From an uncultured Planctomycetota bacterium (lineage in GTDB: Bacteria > Planctomycetota > Planctomycetia > Isosphaerales > Isosphaeraceae), in assembly GCA_963823665.1 (NCBI GenBank), contig CAWGMQ010000007.1, forward strand, positions 1,024,001 to 1,088,000: a DNA stretch of 64,000 nucleotides, read 5' to 3'. Positions 22,828-33,783 of the stretch are shown here, piece after piece (the first letter of the stretch is position 1; each line of letters begins with the position of its first letter). The notes below the pieces were generated by a model. That model saw only the letters and a list, made by a program, of their open reading frames with translations. It searched no databases and was not told the origin of the DNA. A program made the translations under genes and the position numbers.

Positions 22828-23277
22828 CTAAATCACCCAATCGCCGATGTGAGACGTTCCCCGTTCGTGACTTTCCCGAATCAGATCCGCGAACGTCGTC
22901 TTGTCGACGACGTCAGAAATAGCTTGGCGGACCCTCGCCCAGAACGAGTAAAAGTGGCAGCCGCCAGGAAACTCGCAGACCTTGGGCCGTGTCTGGCTCA
23001 CACAATCCACCGGCGCGATCGGCCCGTCAACGTATCTCATGATTTCACCAACCGTCAATTGATCGGCCGCCCTCGCCAGGCGATAGCCTCCCTCAGCCCC
23101 GCGGCGGCTCTGAACAAATCCACCACCCTTGAGCTGATTCAGAATCACTTCGAGAAACCGGATCGGGATCTGCTCACGCTCGGCAATCTCCGCGATTTTC
23201 ATCGGCTCAGGGCCCACGTGGTCTGCCAGCGCATACACCGCTCGCAATGCATAGTAACACTTCGAAGACACACTCAT
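22828..23277 (-). CDS. Rrf2 family transcriptional regulator with three C-terminal Cys
   Basis: YALRA, IAE..IP.RFLE.IL..L, SRRGAEGGYRLAR, C-x8-C-x5-C. Confidence 0.92.
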   Translation of the reverse strand: MSVSSKCYYALRAVYALADHVGPEPMKIAEIAEREQIPIRFLEVILNQLKGGGFVQSRRGAEGGYRLARAADQLTVGEIMRYVDGPIAPVDCVSQTRPKVCEFPGGCHFYSFWARVRQAISDVVDKTTFADLIRESHERGTSHIGDWVI

Positions 23278-23432
23278 GCGCCCGATTTCCCCCTTCGATG
23301 GCCTTTTAGGGAATCGTTACTATTTCGACCGGGGAAATCAAGACGGGAACGTACGGCTCTCGCCCGCGACGCGCGCTTTTCACATCCAACCGGAGACCAT
23401 CGGCGGTGTTGCGGCGTAGCCCCTACGTCGAA

Positions 23433-23775
23433 TTATCGCGAGGCCACGTCCAGAGGGATGGCCTCCATGTCCTCGATCACAGGAACGACGGCCTCACGAA
23501 GCTGCCTGGGCTCAAACGCGATCAAGCCGCGACGAAATGCACATGAAAGGCACAGCTTCTCGGTGTTCTGCTGAACAAACACCTCGCCATCGCCCAGGCG
23601 GTGGTAGAAGTCCTGCCCTGGAGCCATCATGTGACACAGCTCGCGATCGCTGCCGGTTTTCACGCCGACCTTCCAGCCACGCTCGAAAACGAACATTCTG
23701 CGCGGTATCGGGGCCGCGATTGTCGTCGAGCGACTTCTGCTCAACGAATTGCTCACTACGTTGATCTCGGATCAT
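23433..23775 (-). CDS. Hypothetical protein, frameshift near 23690
   Basis: MIRDQRSEQFVEQ... joins FERGWKVGVKTGSDRELCHMMAPGQDFYHRL..KLCLSCA in the adjacent frame; start overlaps the upstream stop (ATGA). Confidence 0.55.
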
Positions 23776-25258
23776 GGGCGAGCCATCTCCTCGGTGTCGG
23801 ACTCGGGAGCAATTACGTTATGATCGTTATGAAATTGGCCTCGATCTCGAGGCGCGCCGAGCGGCGTCCGGGAGGGGAGCCCGCACACATCGTCGGTGCA
23901 GGAAACGTCGCGCGCCCGAGAAGCGGCCATAACATTATAGAGAAGATCGCCCGGCCCACGCGAGCCCCGGGATCGATCCGATGAGCGCCGGAATCCAGAA
24001 CATCGGCAGACGCCAGCCGATTGCCAGCATGGCGTCAAATCCAGCCGAGACAACGCCTTGCGCGGTAACGGCGTGCATCGATCGCATACAGGCATCGCGA
24101 TTGAGGGACGGATGAATTCGTCCGGACGTCAACGGCCGTCAAATCGACAGGGCGGATCACGTGGTCGGGATCGGCCGATAGGATCAGCGCCGCCGAAGCC
24201 CGGCAACGTGGGCAAGCACCGTCGTAGAGAACAGTCAACCCAGGCTGGACCGGACCGGCGACAAGGCCACGCAGCCACGTACCCGACACGAACGCGAGAT
24301 TCGCAGCAAGCATCGCGAGAGCGAATTCGGCCAGGCCGGGATTCGTCACAGCGATTCCGACATGCATCGCGACAGCGCCGGTTAGCATCAGAGGGCGCAG
24401 AATCTTCACCCAGATGAGCACAGGGTAAAGCAATTCAAGCAACAGGCTCGTGTGCGTGAGCAGATTGACCACGATGGGCCACGAGGCAAGCGCCGTGAAG
24501 TTCAGCCCGACGAACTCAGCCGTCGTCATCGTTTTCCAGACGGCCACTCCAGTCCACCACGATGGGCCTTGCAGCTTCGCGAATCCAGCCATTGCGTAAA
24601 TCAACACGAGATGAATCTGAATCAGTCGCAGCGCCAGGTTTGCGGAGACGGTACGCTGCGGTACCCCGGTGCCATCGGGGCCGACCGGCGGCCTCGGACC
24701 AGCCTTGTGGCGGGCCGGCCGCCTTATCGCCGCCGCGAGTCCTCGCCTCGCCGCCAGCGCCGAAGAACCGGTCGAGCGAGACCGCTTGGCCGCTCGCTCC
24801 GGTCACCGCCAGGTACAGGAGCAAGGCCGAAAGAACCTGGTCGAAGCCGAACAACGCGACCGGAAGACGATTGACGGTCGACACCGTGATCATCCAGCTC
24901 AACACGGCTGTCACACGACTGAAAAGGCCGCATGCAAAGAGGAGTAGGATCCCAAGGCAAACCGCACCAGACCAGTCGCAGCCATCCGTCGGGAACCAGA
25001 AACCAGAATGACCACGACGTCGATCGCTCAAACGCCCTGATCGACCCTGGCTCGGCCCATCCGGTCGAGCCGAAAGTAGTCATGCAGGTCCAGCCCGAGA
25101 ACGAACAGGCTCCAGAAGGCCAGAAGCCCGACGGCAACGCGGATCACACCCACCGATGTCGGGTCCGCGACCGAGAAGAAGAAGTTGTTCCAGCCCTTGA
25201 CGGCGGCCGTCGTCAAATCGGCCGTGTAGGCCGTCAGGTCCTTCAAAAGCCGTCGCAC
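23772..25258 (-). CDS. HTTM-domain membrane protein fused to a DCC (DUF393) thiol-disulfide domain; several frameshifts
   Basis: WNNFFFS.ADPT..GVIR, FGFDQ, IYAMAGFAKLQG..WWTG, MHVGIA, LYDGACPRC, SMHAV, GFDA, YNVMAASR spread over successive frames. Confidence 0.75.
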
Positions 25259-25872
25259 GGGTAATCTCCGATCCGCTCGGGGGTCGAAAACAGCGTCTCG
25301 CTGAACAGATCAAATCGACCGGCGCCGGGCGCCTCGATCGCTTGACGCACCTCTTCCATCTCCGGGATGAGATGATGCTGAAGATGGATCGTCACAACCT
25401 GGCAACCGGGATTGGTGAAGCACAGATGCCGGGCGAACGCCCGAGCGAGAGGACTCCGAGACGCGTCCCCGGTGTGCTGCCTGGTCTCCTCCACATCCCG
25501 GAACAACGCATTCGGCGAGCGCAAGCTGTCTTTGATGCCTCATGCGCGGACCGGGCACCCTCCGCCCGGGCAACCGCACGGTCTCCTCCGCCCGGCCATC
25601 ACCAAACCGCAACGTGGCTGTTACCACCGGCGTGGGTGGCGGCTCCACGTAGAAGCGATAAGCGTAACCCAGGTCCGCCAATCCATAGTACCAGGTGAAC
25701 AGATCGGCGATCGACCGCTCGAGCACCGACGAAGGCGGAACGGCAAGCCCGCCTGAAACCACGGCCACCAGGTGAAAAACCAGCACGCAACTTGTCGTGA
25801 CACGCGCCCAAACCGGCCACGAGCGCCACGCTCCGTCGCGGTTGAATCGAATTGCTCACGTTTCCTGGCCAC
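25243..25872 (-). CDS. Hypothetical membrane-anchored protein upstream of the HTTM gene; frameshifted
   Basis: FHLVAVV..PPSS..YY...DLGYAYRFY..PPPTPV, RHQRQLALA continuing NALF..ARHLC..PGC in the next frame. Confidence 0.6.
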
Positions 25873-26244
25873 AAAGCTTGCCCCTGGGTTACGCCTGTTG
25901 GCGGTGAATTGATGAACCATACCCGCCGGCCTGTGCTCAGGCCAGAAAGACCTCGACATTCCAGTAACTCCACGAACCCCAAATCATTCCCCAAATTATC
26001 CAATTAACCTTTTTAGTCCATTTTCACAAAATGATGTTGATTGTGGCGCATAATGGTCATTAGACTCTAGGAGGTTTGAGCAGACATTAATGAATATGGG
26101 CGACTTGACGGGTAGCCGAGCGTGCCCTGTGTGTGGGGATTGGAATGCTCGAAGGATGCCCGACCGTCTGTGGGTTGCACACGGAGTTCGGTGCCGGTCG
26201 CGGGTCGAACGATTCTCCTCGATTTCGCACCTGGGAGGGAAGTC

Positions 26245-26919
26245 ATGCAGGGTACGGTCATGATGCTGATGGCCCTGAGCGGTCTGGGCTGTCACAACAA
26301 GGGCTATGACGTGGTCTACGCCCCACCGACGTACAGCGGGTACGGCAGTGGCTGTTACGCGAATGTTTATCCCAACTTTGTGTCGCCACAGTCGTACACG
26401 GACGGTTATGTCGGTGGATACAGCGGATGTTACGCCAATGTTTATGGCGGTGGCTGCTTCGGCGGCGGCTGCTATGGCGGCGGGTTGTCGTCTTGCTATT
26501 CGGCCTGCTACGGCGGCGGCCATCACGGCTGCGGCCTGCTCGCGAGGCTGTTTAGCTGCTGCAGTTTCAAGAGACATGGTTGTTACAGCGCTGCCTATGG
26601 TGATGGGTTCGGCACTTACGGCGATTTCTATGGCGGGGCATACGGGTACGACTTGCCGTACTCGCCTTCGGTCAACGGCTACGCTCGGGCGTTCAACTAC
26701 GGTGTAGGTGCTCCTGGCGAAGCCGAGATGGGATACATGGGCGGCATGCAGGGCACGACGACTCCGTCGGAAGCTGCCCCCCCGGTACCCGCGAACCCGG
26801 CCAGCCCGGCCGCGCCGTCACCCACAACTCCTCCGGCTGCCGCTCCAGTGACGCCGGATACGTCACCTCCGCCCGCGCCCAAGCCGGCCATACCGAACCC
26901 GCCCAAGCCTAACACTTGA
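26245..26919 (+). CDS. Gly/Tyr/Cys-rich secreted or lipoprotein-like protein with Pro/Ala-rich tail
   Basis: GGAGG RBS, MQGTVMMLMALSGLGC leader, repeated SGCYANVY/CYGGG, Pro-rich C-terminus, terminator downstream. Confidence 0.75.
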   Translation: MQGTVMMLMALSGLGCHNKGYDVVYAPPTYSGYGSGCYANVYPNFVSPQSYTDGYVGGYSGCYANVYGGGCFGGGCYGGGLSSCYSACYGGGHHGCGLLARLFSCCSFKRHGCYSAAYGDGFGTYGDFYGGAYGYDLPYSPSVNGYARAFNYGVGAPGEAEMGYMGGMQGTTTPSEAAPPVPANPASPAAPSPTTPPAAAPVTPDTSPPPAPKPAIPNPPKPNT

Positions 26920-26963
26920 GCCTCGTTGCACGGGTCAGGGCGCGAATCGTCATTCGTCCGCAC

Positions 26964-27005
26964 AAGCGGGCCATCGCCAGATCGGCATGGCCCGCTTTTT
27001 TTTTT
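26964..27005 (+). terminator. Intrinsic terminator
   Basis: AAGCGGGCCAT...ATGGCCCGCTT stem running into a 10-T tract. Confidence 0.85.
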
Positions 27006-27228
27006 GCGGGTGACGGAACCCAGGGGCGCTGAACGCCAAGTCCCGATTTCAGGGCTGCATACGTCCCGCGTAGGTGCACTCGCGCTCGCCTCACCGCGGA
27101 ACCCCCTCTGCAACAACCGCGAAAGGAAAGAGAGCCGAAACTCCCTGCTTGCGTACCGCAGGGTCGTCCAGGCATAATCGAGCATACACAACTCTCTGGC
27201 TGGATCGGTCATTCGTGCGAGGTCAGCC

Positions 27229-27844
27229 ATGAAGACGGAGTTTCACTGTCCGCGGTGCGGTCAGGTGTTTGGTGCGAGCGTGCACTCTTCCGCCGGTCGC
27301 GCAACGTGCGCCGGTTGCGGGCTCGTCCAGAGAATTCCAGAGGTCGTCCCGGCCCACGCTGTGGAGCCGGGTTGCTATCAACTCGCGCCGGTGGCGGTTG
27401 CGCCCTGGCTTCGCGGTCGGTCGGGCCTGAGCGACCGCAGGCTGAGCCGCTCGCAGCTCCGTCGTCGAGACTGCGCTGGTTGCAATTCCTCCGGCCGTGG
27501 GTTTTCGAGACGAGCCAGGTGCAGGGGATCGGAACCTGGCTCGTTATGTTGAGTGCGGCCGACTTGCTGATGACGTTCATGCTGTTGCGAAGGAGTGAGC
27601 TTTTTTTTGAGTCGAACCCGATCGCGCAGTGGTTCTTCGCGAAATGGAATATCACCGGCATGGTCTTCTTCAAATTCTCGATCATTGGCGGTGTGATCCT
27701 CTTGAGTGAAATCATCGAGCGCAAGCGCCGGGCTGGGGCCGCTTCGTCCTCCTGGTCGGATGTGTTGGAGCGGCATTTGCAGTTGTCCAGGGCGGCCGTC
27801 TCTATCTGGCCGACACGGTGCCAGTCGCGGTCGAAATGGATTGA
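27229..27844 (+). CDS. Zn-ribbon plus DUF5658-like membrane protein; frameshifted
   Basis: CPRC/CAGC N-terminus; LSAADLLMT, FESNPIA, GMVFFKF; third frame GWGRFVLLVGC...EMD* at 27844. Confidence 0.65.
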
Positions 27845-28040
27845 GGGGCTGTCTCGATCGATCGAGAAGACCCGCAAGAGATTCCGCGCCGGGCTGATTT
27901 CTCGCTCGGGACGGAGTGCCACGGTCGAGCTATCGGCCGCTCGAGCCGAGTCGCCGCCAGTTTTGGTCGGTTCTTGCGGGCTCATCGGCGGGGGGATAGA
28001 TTGAATCTTCAATCAAACTTCACGGTCTTCGGTGAACGTG

Positions 28041-28792
28041 ATGCAAGTGATCCCGGCGATCGACCTGCGAGGAGGCTGTTGCGTCCGGCTTCGGCAAGGC
28101 GATTTCGACCAGGAGACGGTCTTCGGCGACGATCCCGCGGCGATGGCGTCTCGCTGGGAATCGGAGGGAGCGGAGCGAATTCACCTCGTGGATCTGGATG
28201 GCGCCAAGGCCGGGCGGCCGGTGAATGTCCAGGCCGTCGCCGAGATTCTTCGCCGCGTGCAGCGTCCCGTGTCAGCTCGGCGGTGGGCTCCGAGACGAAG
28301 CGACGATCGAAGCCTGGCTATCGGCTGGCCTCGATCGTGTGGTCATCGGCACGCAAGCTCTTCGCGACCCGGATTGGTTCGGGCGAATGGCCGAGCGCTT
28401 TCCAGGCCGCTTGATCCTGGGGCTCGACGCGCGGGACGGAAAAGTCGCGACCGGCGCCTGGGTCGACGTTTCAAGCATCACGGCCGCGTCGTTCGCCAGA
28501 CAGTTTGACTCGCTGCCACTGGCCGCCATCATCTTCACCGACATCGCCCGTGACGGCATGCTACAAGGCCCGAACGTGGAAGCAATCGCTGCTCTCGCCG
28601 GATCGGTGGCAGCCCCCGTGATTGCATCCGGAGGAATCGGCGAGCTGCTCGATCTCGAGCGACTCGCTGCGCTGCCGGTATCCGGTTGCATCGTTGGTCG
28701 AGCATTGTATGAGGGCCGCTTCACGCTGAGCCAGGCGATCCGCCATCTCCGCGCTTTCACCGAGGCCCTCCCGGCGCCCGAACGGCGCCTGA
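28041..28792 (+). CDS. hisA: ProFAR isomerase HisA; frameshift near 28260, end approximate
   Basis: [70 protein letters not shown]. Confidence 0.9.
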
Positions 28793-28875
28793 GAACGAAG
28801 TTCTGTCATCCCAGTCGTGCTGAATTCAGATCGCATCAAGGTCAGATCAACCACACGGATAGGGGAGCTCACGCG

Positions 28876-30954
28876 ATGACCACCACGTATCATGTCGCTG
28901 ATATCCGCAATGTCGCCCTGGCTGGACATGGGGCGTCGGGCAAGACCACGTTGGCCGACGCCCTTCTTTTTACGTCCGGGGCAATTAATCGCCGGGGCTC
29001 TGTCGACGACGGCACCAGCTCGCTTGACGTCGACGAGGAAGAGAAACGCCGCCACTTCACCATCGATTGCCACCTCGGGCACCTCGCCTGGGCCGGCAAG
29101 CAGGTCCACCTGATCGATACCCCGGGCTACCCCGATTTCATCGGCAGCGCACTCTGCGCACTCGCGGCAGTTGAAAACGTCGTCGTCGCAGTCTCGGGCC
29201 CGTCCGGCGTCGAGGTCAACACCCGGCGCGTCTTTCAAGAAGCCGGCCGGCTCGGCCTGGGCCGTTTCGTCGTGGTTACCAAGATGGATGCGGATAATGT
29301 CGACTACCGCAGCGACCTGGCGGCGATTCGTGAGACATTCGGCACGCTCTGCGTCCCCTTCAACGTCCCTGTGGGCCAGGGTGCAACGTTCGCCGGCGTG
29401 ATCGACGTGATCCAGTCCCATGATGAAGACCCCGCCCTCTGCCCCGTGGCCCCCTCCGAAGCCTATCGAATGGTCGTCGAGCAGATCGTCGAGCTCGACG
29501 AAGATCTGATGATGCGCTACCTCGAAGGCGAATCCGTCTCCCCCGACGAGCTGCGCAAGGCGGCGCACGACGCGATCGCGCAGGGCAAGCTCGTGCCCGT
29601 CCTGTGCGTCTGCACTCGCAAGGACCTGGGTCTCAAGGAGCTCCTCGACTTGATCACCACCTGCGGTCTCTCGCCGGCCGACATCCACCGCTTCGGCACG
29701 CGCGGCGAAGCGTCCGATGGCCCCGAGGAAGAAATCCTCCCGGCAGAGCAGGGCACCTTGGTCGCGCAGGTGTTCAAGACGGTCAACGATCAATTCATGG
29801 GCAAGTTGAGCTATTTGAGAATCCTGAGCGGCCGGCTGGCCAACGACACGACCATCGTCAACCTCCGCAGCGGCAAGACCACCAAGACAGGCCACATCTA
29901 CGTGATGCAGGGAAAGCAGCAGGAAGAGGTCACCGAAGCCATCGCCGGCGACATCGTCGCCATCGCCAAGTTCGACGATCTCCACGTCTCGGATACGATC
30001 AGCAACGTCGGCGGCAACACCGTCGTTTCCCAGCTTCGCGTCAAGCCCATCAAGTTTCCGATTCCCATGGTGCCCCGGGCCGTGCAACCCAAGGCTCGCG
30101 ACGACGAAGCGAAGATCTCCGCCGGCCTGGCCAAGATCGCCGACGAAGACCCGACGTTTTCGATTCGTCGCGACGCGCAGACTCACGAGCTGGTCATCTC
30201 CGGCATGAGCGACTTGCATCTGGACGTGATCCAGCAGCGCCTGAAGCACCGCCACAAGCTCGAGATGAACACGCACGTCCCGCAGGTCGCCTATCTCGAG
30301 ACGATCATTGGCGAGGCGGAAGCAAACCATCGGCACAAGAAACAGACCGGCGGTCGCGGTCAGTTCGGCGAGGTTCACCTCCGCGTTCGACCCCGCGAGC
30401 GCGGCAAGGGCTTCAGCTTCGTCGACGCCGTCAAGGGCGGAACGATTCCCAATCAATATATCCCCGCCTGCGAAAAGGGTGTCCGCGAACAGATGGAGAA
30501 GGGTGTCATCTCGGGCAACCAGGTCGTCGATACCGAAGTCGAGGTGTATTTCGGCAAAGACCATCCCGTCGATAGCTCGGAGCAAGCTTTCAAAACGGCC
30601 GCGGCCACCGCGTTCCGCAAAGCCTTCGAGCAAGCCAGGCCCGCTCTCCTGGAGCCGATCGTCACGATCGAGATCTCGGTTCCAGCCGAGAAATTCGGCG
30701 ACATTTCCGGCGACCTTTCCACCCGCCGCGGTCACATCACCGGAATGGACACGCTGGCGGGCAACCAGCAAGTGATCCGCGCCGAGGTCCCGCTCGCCGA
30801 AGTGCTGACGTACGCCTCTCAGCTAAAAAGCATGACCGGCGGCCAGGGCTCCTTCACGATGGATTTCAAGTCCTTCGACCCCGTTCCACCCAACGTCCAG
30901 CAACAGATCGTCGAGAGGTACAAGAAGAGCCGAGCGGGAATCGAAGAAGAATAG
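28876..30954 (+). CDS. fusA: Elongation factor G paralogue (EF-G2-like)
   Basis: AGGGGAG RBS; IRNVALAGHGASGKTTL, DTPGYPDF, TKMD, EDPTF, HKKQTGGRGQFG, HPVDSSE.AF, LLEPI; switch I lacks canonical RGITI. Confidence 0.9.
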   Translation: MTTTYHVADIRNVALAGHGASGKTTLADALLFTSGAINRRGSVDDGTSSLDVDEEEKRRHFTIDCHLGHLAWAGKQVHLIDTPGYPDFIGSALCALAAVENVVVAVSGPSGVEVNTRRVFQEAGRLGLGRFVVVTKMDADNVDYRSDLAAIRETFGTLCVPFNVPVGQGATFAGVIDVIQSHDEDPALCPVAPSEAYRMVVEQIVELDEDLMMRYLEGESVSPDELRKAAHDAIAQGKLVPVLCVCTRKDLGLKELLDLITTCGLSPADIHRFGTRGEASDGPEEEILPAEQGTLVAQVFKTVNDQFMGKLSYLRILSGRLANDTTIVNLRSGKTTKTGHIYVMQGKQQEEVTEAIAGDIVAIAKFDDLHVSDTISNVGGNTVVSQLRVKPIKFPIPMVPRAVQPKARDDEAKISAGLAKIADEDPTFSIRRDAQTHELVISGMSDLHLDVIQQRLKHRHKLEMNTHVPQVAYLETIIGEAEANHRHKKQTGGRGQFGEVHLRVRPRERGKGFSFVDAVKGGTIPNQYIPACEKGVREQMEKGVISGNQVVDTEVEVYFGKDHPVDSSEQAFKTAAATAFRKAFEQARPALLEPIVTIEISVPAEKFGDISGDLSTRRGHITGMDTLAGNQQVIRAEVPLAEVLTYASQLKSMTGGQGSFTMDFKSFDPVPPNVQQQIVERYKKSRAGIEEE

Positions 30955-30980
30955 ACCGGTCAGACGCTGCGGCCATCCTT

Positions 30981-31010
30981 CCCCCCCTTGCAAAGGGGGG
31001 CCAGGGGGGG
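30981..31010. repeat. REP-like palindrome CCCCCCCTTGCAAAGGGGGG after the EF-G stop
   Basis: CCCCCCTT/AAGGGGGG arms around a GCA(A) loop, followed by a G-run. Confidence 0.6.
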
Positions 31011-31511
31011 TGAATGGCGACACCCGCCAGTGATCCGATCGACGCGCCGCATGCAAACGGTCGTGCGCCGAAAAGGTCACACACGCTCCAGACATCCTCT
31101 CAACAAAGCCGCTAGAGAAAGAAACACGAACCACTTCGAGAGCAGGATAATCGCCGTTCCGGGCCAAGACCAAAACTCGGGCGGGCGAATGCCGTCCTCC
31201 CTCCAGCGCCCACGAGTTCGTTTTGCATATTTGACGCGCGTCCTTTCCCTGTAAGGATTAAGGGAACTAACCCGGCATCCCTCCCGACCGTGTGGGGGAG
31301 GTGCCTCCGCAGGTTGAATTGGCATTCGTGCCGCCTAGTGGGAGAGGTGCCGCCGCAGGCAGCGGCGGGGGTCGCGCAGGCAAGACCGCAAAGCCCAATT
31401 TCCGGCCGCGTCGGTTTTCCGTATCCCCCTCGGATACAAGGTCACGTAGCGGCCTGCACTCTGTGGTCACCCGCACGACACACGCGTCGCACCTTCCAAA
31501 TAAGTAAAAGT

Positions 31512-31540
31512 GAATGGGACGAAATGGGACGAAATGGGAC
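31512..31540 (+). repeat. Tandem repeat of GAAATGGGAC, about 3 copies
   Basis: gaatgggac gaaatgggac gaaatgggac. Confidence 0.8.
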
Positions 31541-31850
31541 TGTTGACCCCAACGAAAGACTCATTTTGATTGCGGTTTCCAACCCCGTGTCACGGCTGGT
31601 CATCACGCCTTCGAGCACCAAGGAAATGCCCAGGAATAAGCCAAAAGACGGCATCCGGCTCGGGCGAGGCTCACCCGGTCCTCCGGGTGGAAAATCACCC
31701 TCACCGCGGGCGAAGACCGTCCCACGCTCGACGAGGCCAAAAAGTCGAAGGAGTTTCGCCACGCGCAATTCACTCGCGTTCCCGCAGCAAACGGCTACCC
31801 GGTCGCCCTTTGTCCCGCATGTTGAGAGTTGCTCGACCGCACCACTCGAA

Positions 31851-31970
31851 CTTGTTCGGCGCGGGTCTCCGACCCCGCCGGGATTGTGACCGCGGGTCTC
31901 CGACTTCTTCGCCCGCCGACATCGCGGTCTTGTTTGGCGCGGGTGTCCGATCCCGGCAGGATTGTGGGCC
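31851..31970 (+). repeat. Direct repeat of a REP-like unit GGCGCGGGTCTCCGACCCCGCCG
   Basis: Two degenerate copies of cttgtt.ggcgcgggt.tccga.ccc...ggattgtg; the first folds as a hairpin. Confidence 0.65.
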
Positions 31971-33705
31971 TGATTCAAAGTCGGGTAACACTCCTGGGCA
32001 CCCTGGGTGTCCAACGGGCCTGGCGGTATCCCTGCTTGCGAGCCGCGCGGCGAAAATAGATGCCAGAACCTCGCCCGCGAGCGCCCGGCCATGGCCTAAA
32101 ATCGCCACCGCTCAGCCGGCGAAGCGCTCCACCCCCCGACGCCGCGTCAGCCGCGCTTCGCAAGTGCACATGTGAAAACGGCTTCGGTCGATCCAACAGC
32201 TTCTTTCCCCCTGGATCAAAATGATATCTTTTGATAGCAAAAACCAGGGCTTCTTCCGCTCCGCCCGCTCCGAGTCCTGATTTCCCTCCTCCGCCCTCCG
32301 TCCTGATTCCCGGGGCCGTGCAGGCGAATGGCTCCGCAGCCCAACGGTGTTCTCCTCTTCTCGCCGAAGCCGCCGGTGGAGGGAGGGCGCCTGCATAGTC
32401 AAGGGATCGAATGACGCTCATCGGGAATGACGCTCAGAAGAAGACAACTCGCGATGTGGTAATGGATCGGATGAAATGAAATTCGAGCCCCGGACCAACT
32501 AGCATGGTTGCTTGCCCAAGGTTACGTTCCGCGTCGCGACGCCCAGTCATCCGCGACGACTGTATCCCTTCCCCCCAGCCAGCGTGGGGCGGGTGCCGGC
32601 GCAGCCGGCGGCGGGGGGCGTGCAGGCGAACGACAGCAAAGCCCTGACAGCGACGCCTTACCGGCCACCCGCACTGATCACGGACCCTCCCCTACTAATT
32701 ATTATGTGCGGGTCTTCGAAATTGGCCATTTCTCAATCGCATTTTCGATTTGTGTGAAAAGCGCAAGTGCAATAACGATGGGTAATTAACTGCTGAGAAA
32801 TCTCATCCTGATGTGCCGGTTCAATACGCTTTGAAAAGTGCAATCGGTTAGAGCATGACGACCGGCGGGTTGCACCCAACCTCAGTGCGTGAGCCGTCGA
32901 CTTTGCGACATCGTGTGACGCCTCACCCGCACTGCCTAGAGATGCTCGGCTACACGCTCTTTGCCCGCGGTTGATATAGCCGTCCCGTGACGAGCCAACG
33001 AGAACCTTGCCCGCCAAGGCACGTCGATGGTTCGTACTGTTACCCGAAAAGGCCCCTTTTTGAACCACGCCAAAACAGTCCCATTCTTATTGCCGTTGGC
33101 AGCCCCGCGCAATGGCAGGCCGACCCGCCCCGAGCCAGCACGGAAATGCTGAGAAACAAAGAGGATAACGCCACCAAGCGCGCACCACGATCCCCCGGCC
33201 CACCGGGTAAGAACCCGCCCTCACCATGGACCACACCTGTCTCGCGCTCGCCACAGCACAAAACTCGACGGCTTTTCGCCGCGTACCGTTCCCCCCATTG
33301 AAATCGCAGACCAGCCCCTTCCTTCCCGCGGCAAAGGGATGGTCAAGCCGGCCTGAGGTCCTCGAGCACGCGCTCGAGCAGACGAAGCAGTCATTCCCGG
33401 TTCCAGAGAGGTGGGTGCCCATCGCGCCGACTCCAGTGTCGGCGATCGAGATCGAGCTACAGATAATATGCGACGGGTTTTCCGGATTTGGCCATTTCGT
33501 CGACCAGAATACCTGGGATTTTTTTCGCGTCGCAACGGATGCAACGATCAACTCGATCGAGTCCCCAGGTTTCGCGCGCCGCGGCCATAAAACGGGGAGA
33601 AAACACCTGCCGCGATTCGCGGAACGACATCCCCACGCATTCCTCCCTCCGGCGTGGGGTAGGTGCCGCCGCAGGCGGCGGAGGGGGCTCGCGCAGACGA
33701 AAGGT

Positions 33706-33783
33706 GTACTCGTACTCATAGTCCTACTCGTGCTCGTACTCGTACCCTTGCTCTCACTCCGAGTCGTACCCGTACTCTTACTC
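33706..33783 (+). repeat. Degenerate (GTACTC)n hexamer tract
   Basis: gtactcgtactcatagtcctactcgtgctcgtactcgtaccc...gtacccgtactcttactc. Confidence 0.8.

Noticed and set aside
28561..30771. Long antisense ORFs (also 6737-8248, 3308-4300, 20687-21799, 38308-39363, 52511-53611)
   Set aside because: Shadow frames of real high-GC genes on the opposite strand, with no motifs of their own.
28225..30954. Apparent HisA-EF-G fusion (909-aa ORF)
   Set aside because: EF-G has its own RBS and ATG at 28876, the linker looks non-coding, and hisA is already frameshifted; a further indel probably hides its stop near 28790.
32410..32435. GAATGACGCTCA repeated twice
   Set aside because: Only two short copies with no adjacent gene or further pattern; insufficient to call an operator.
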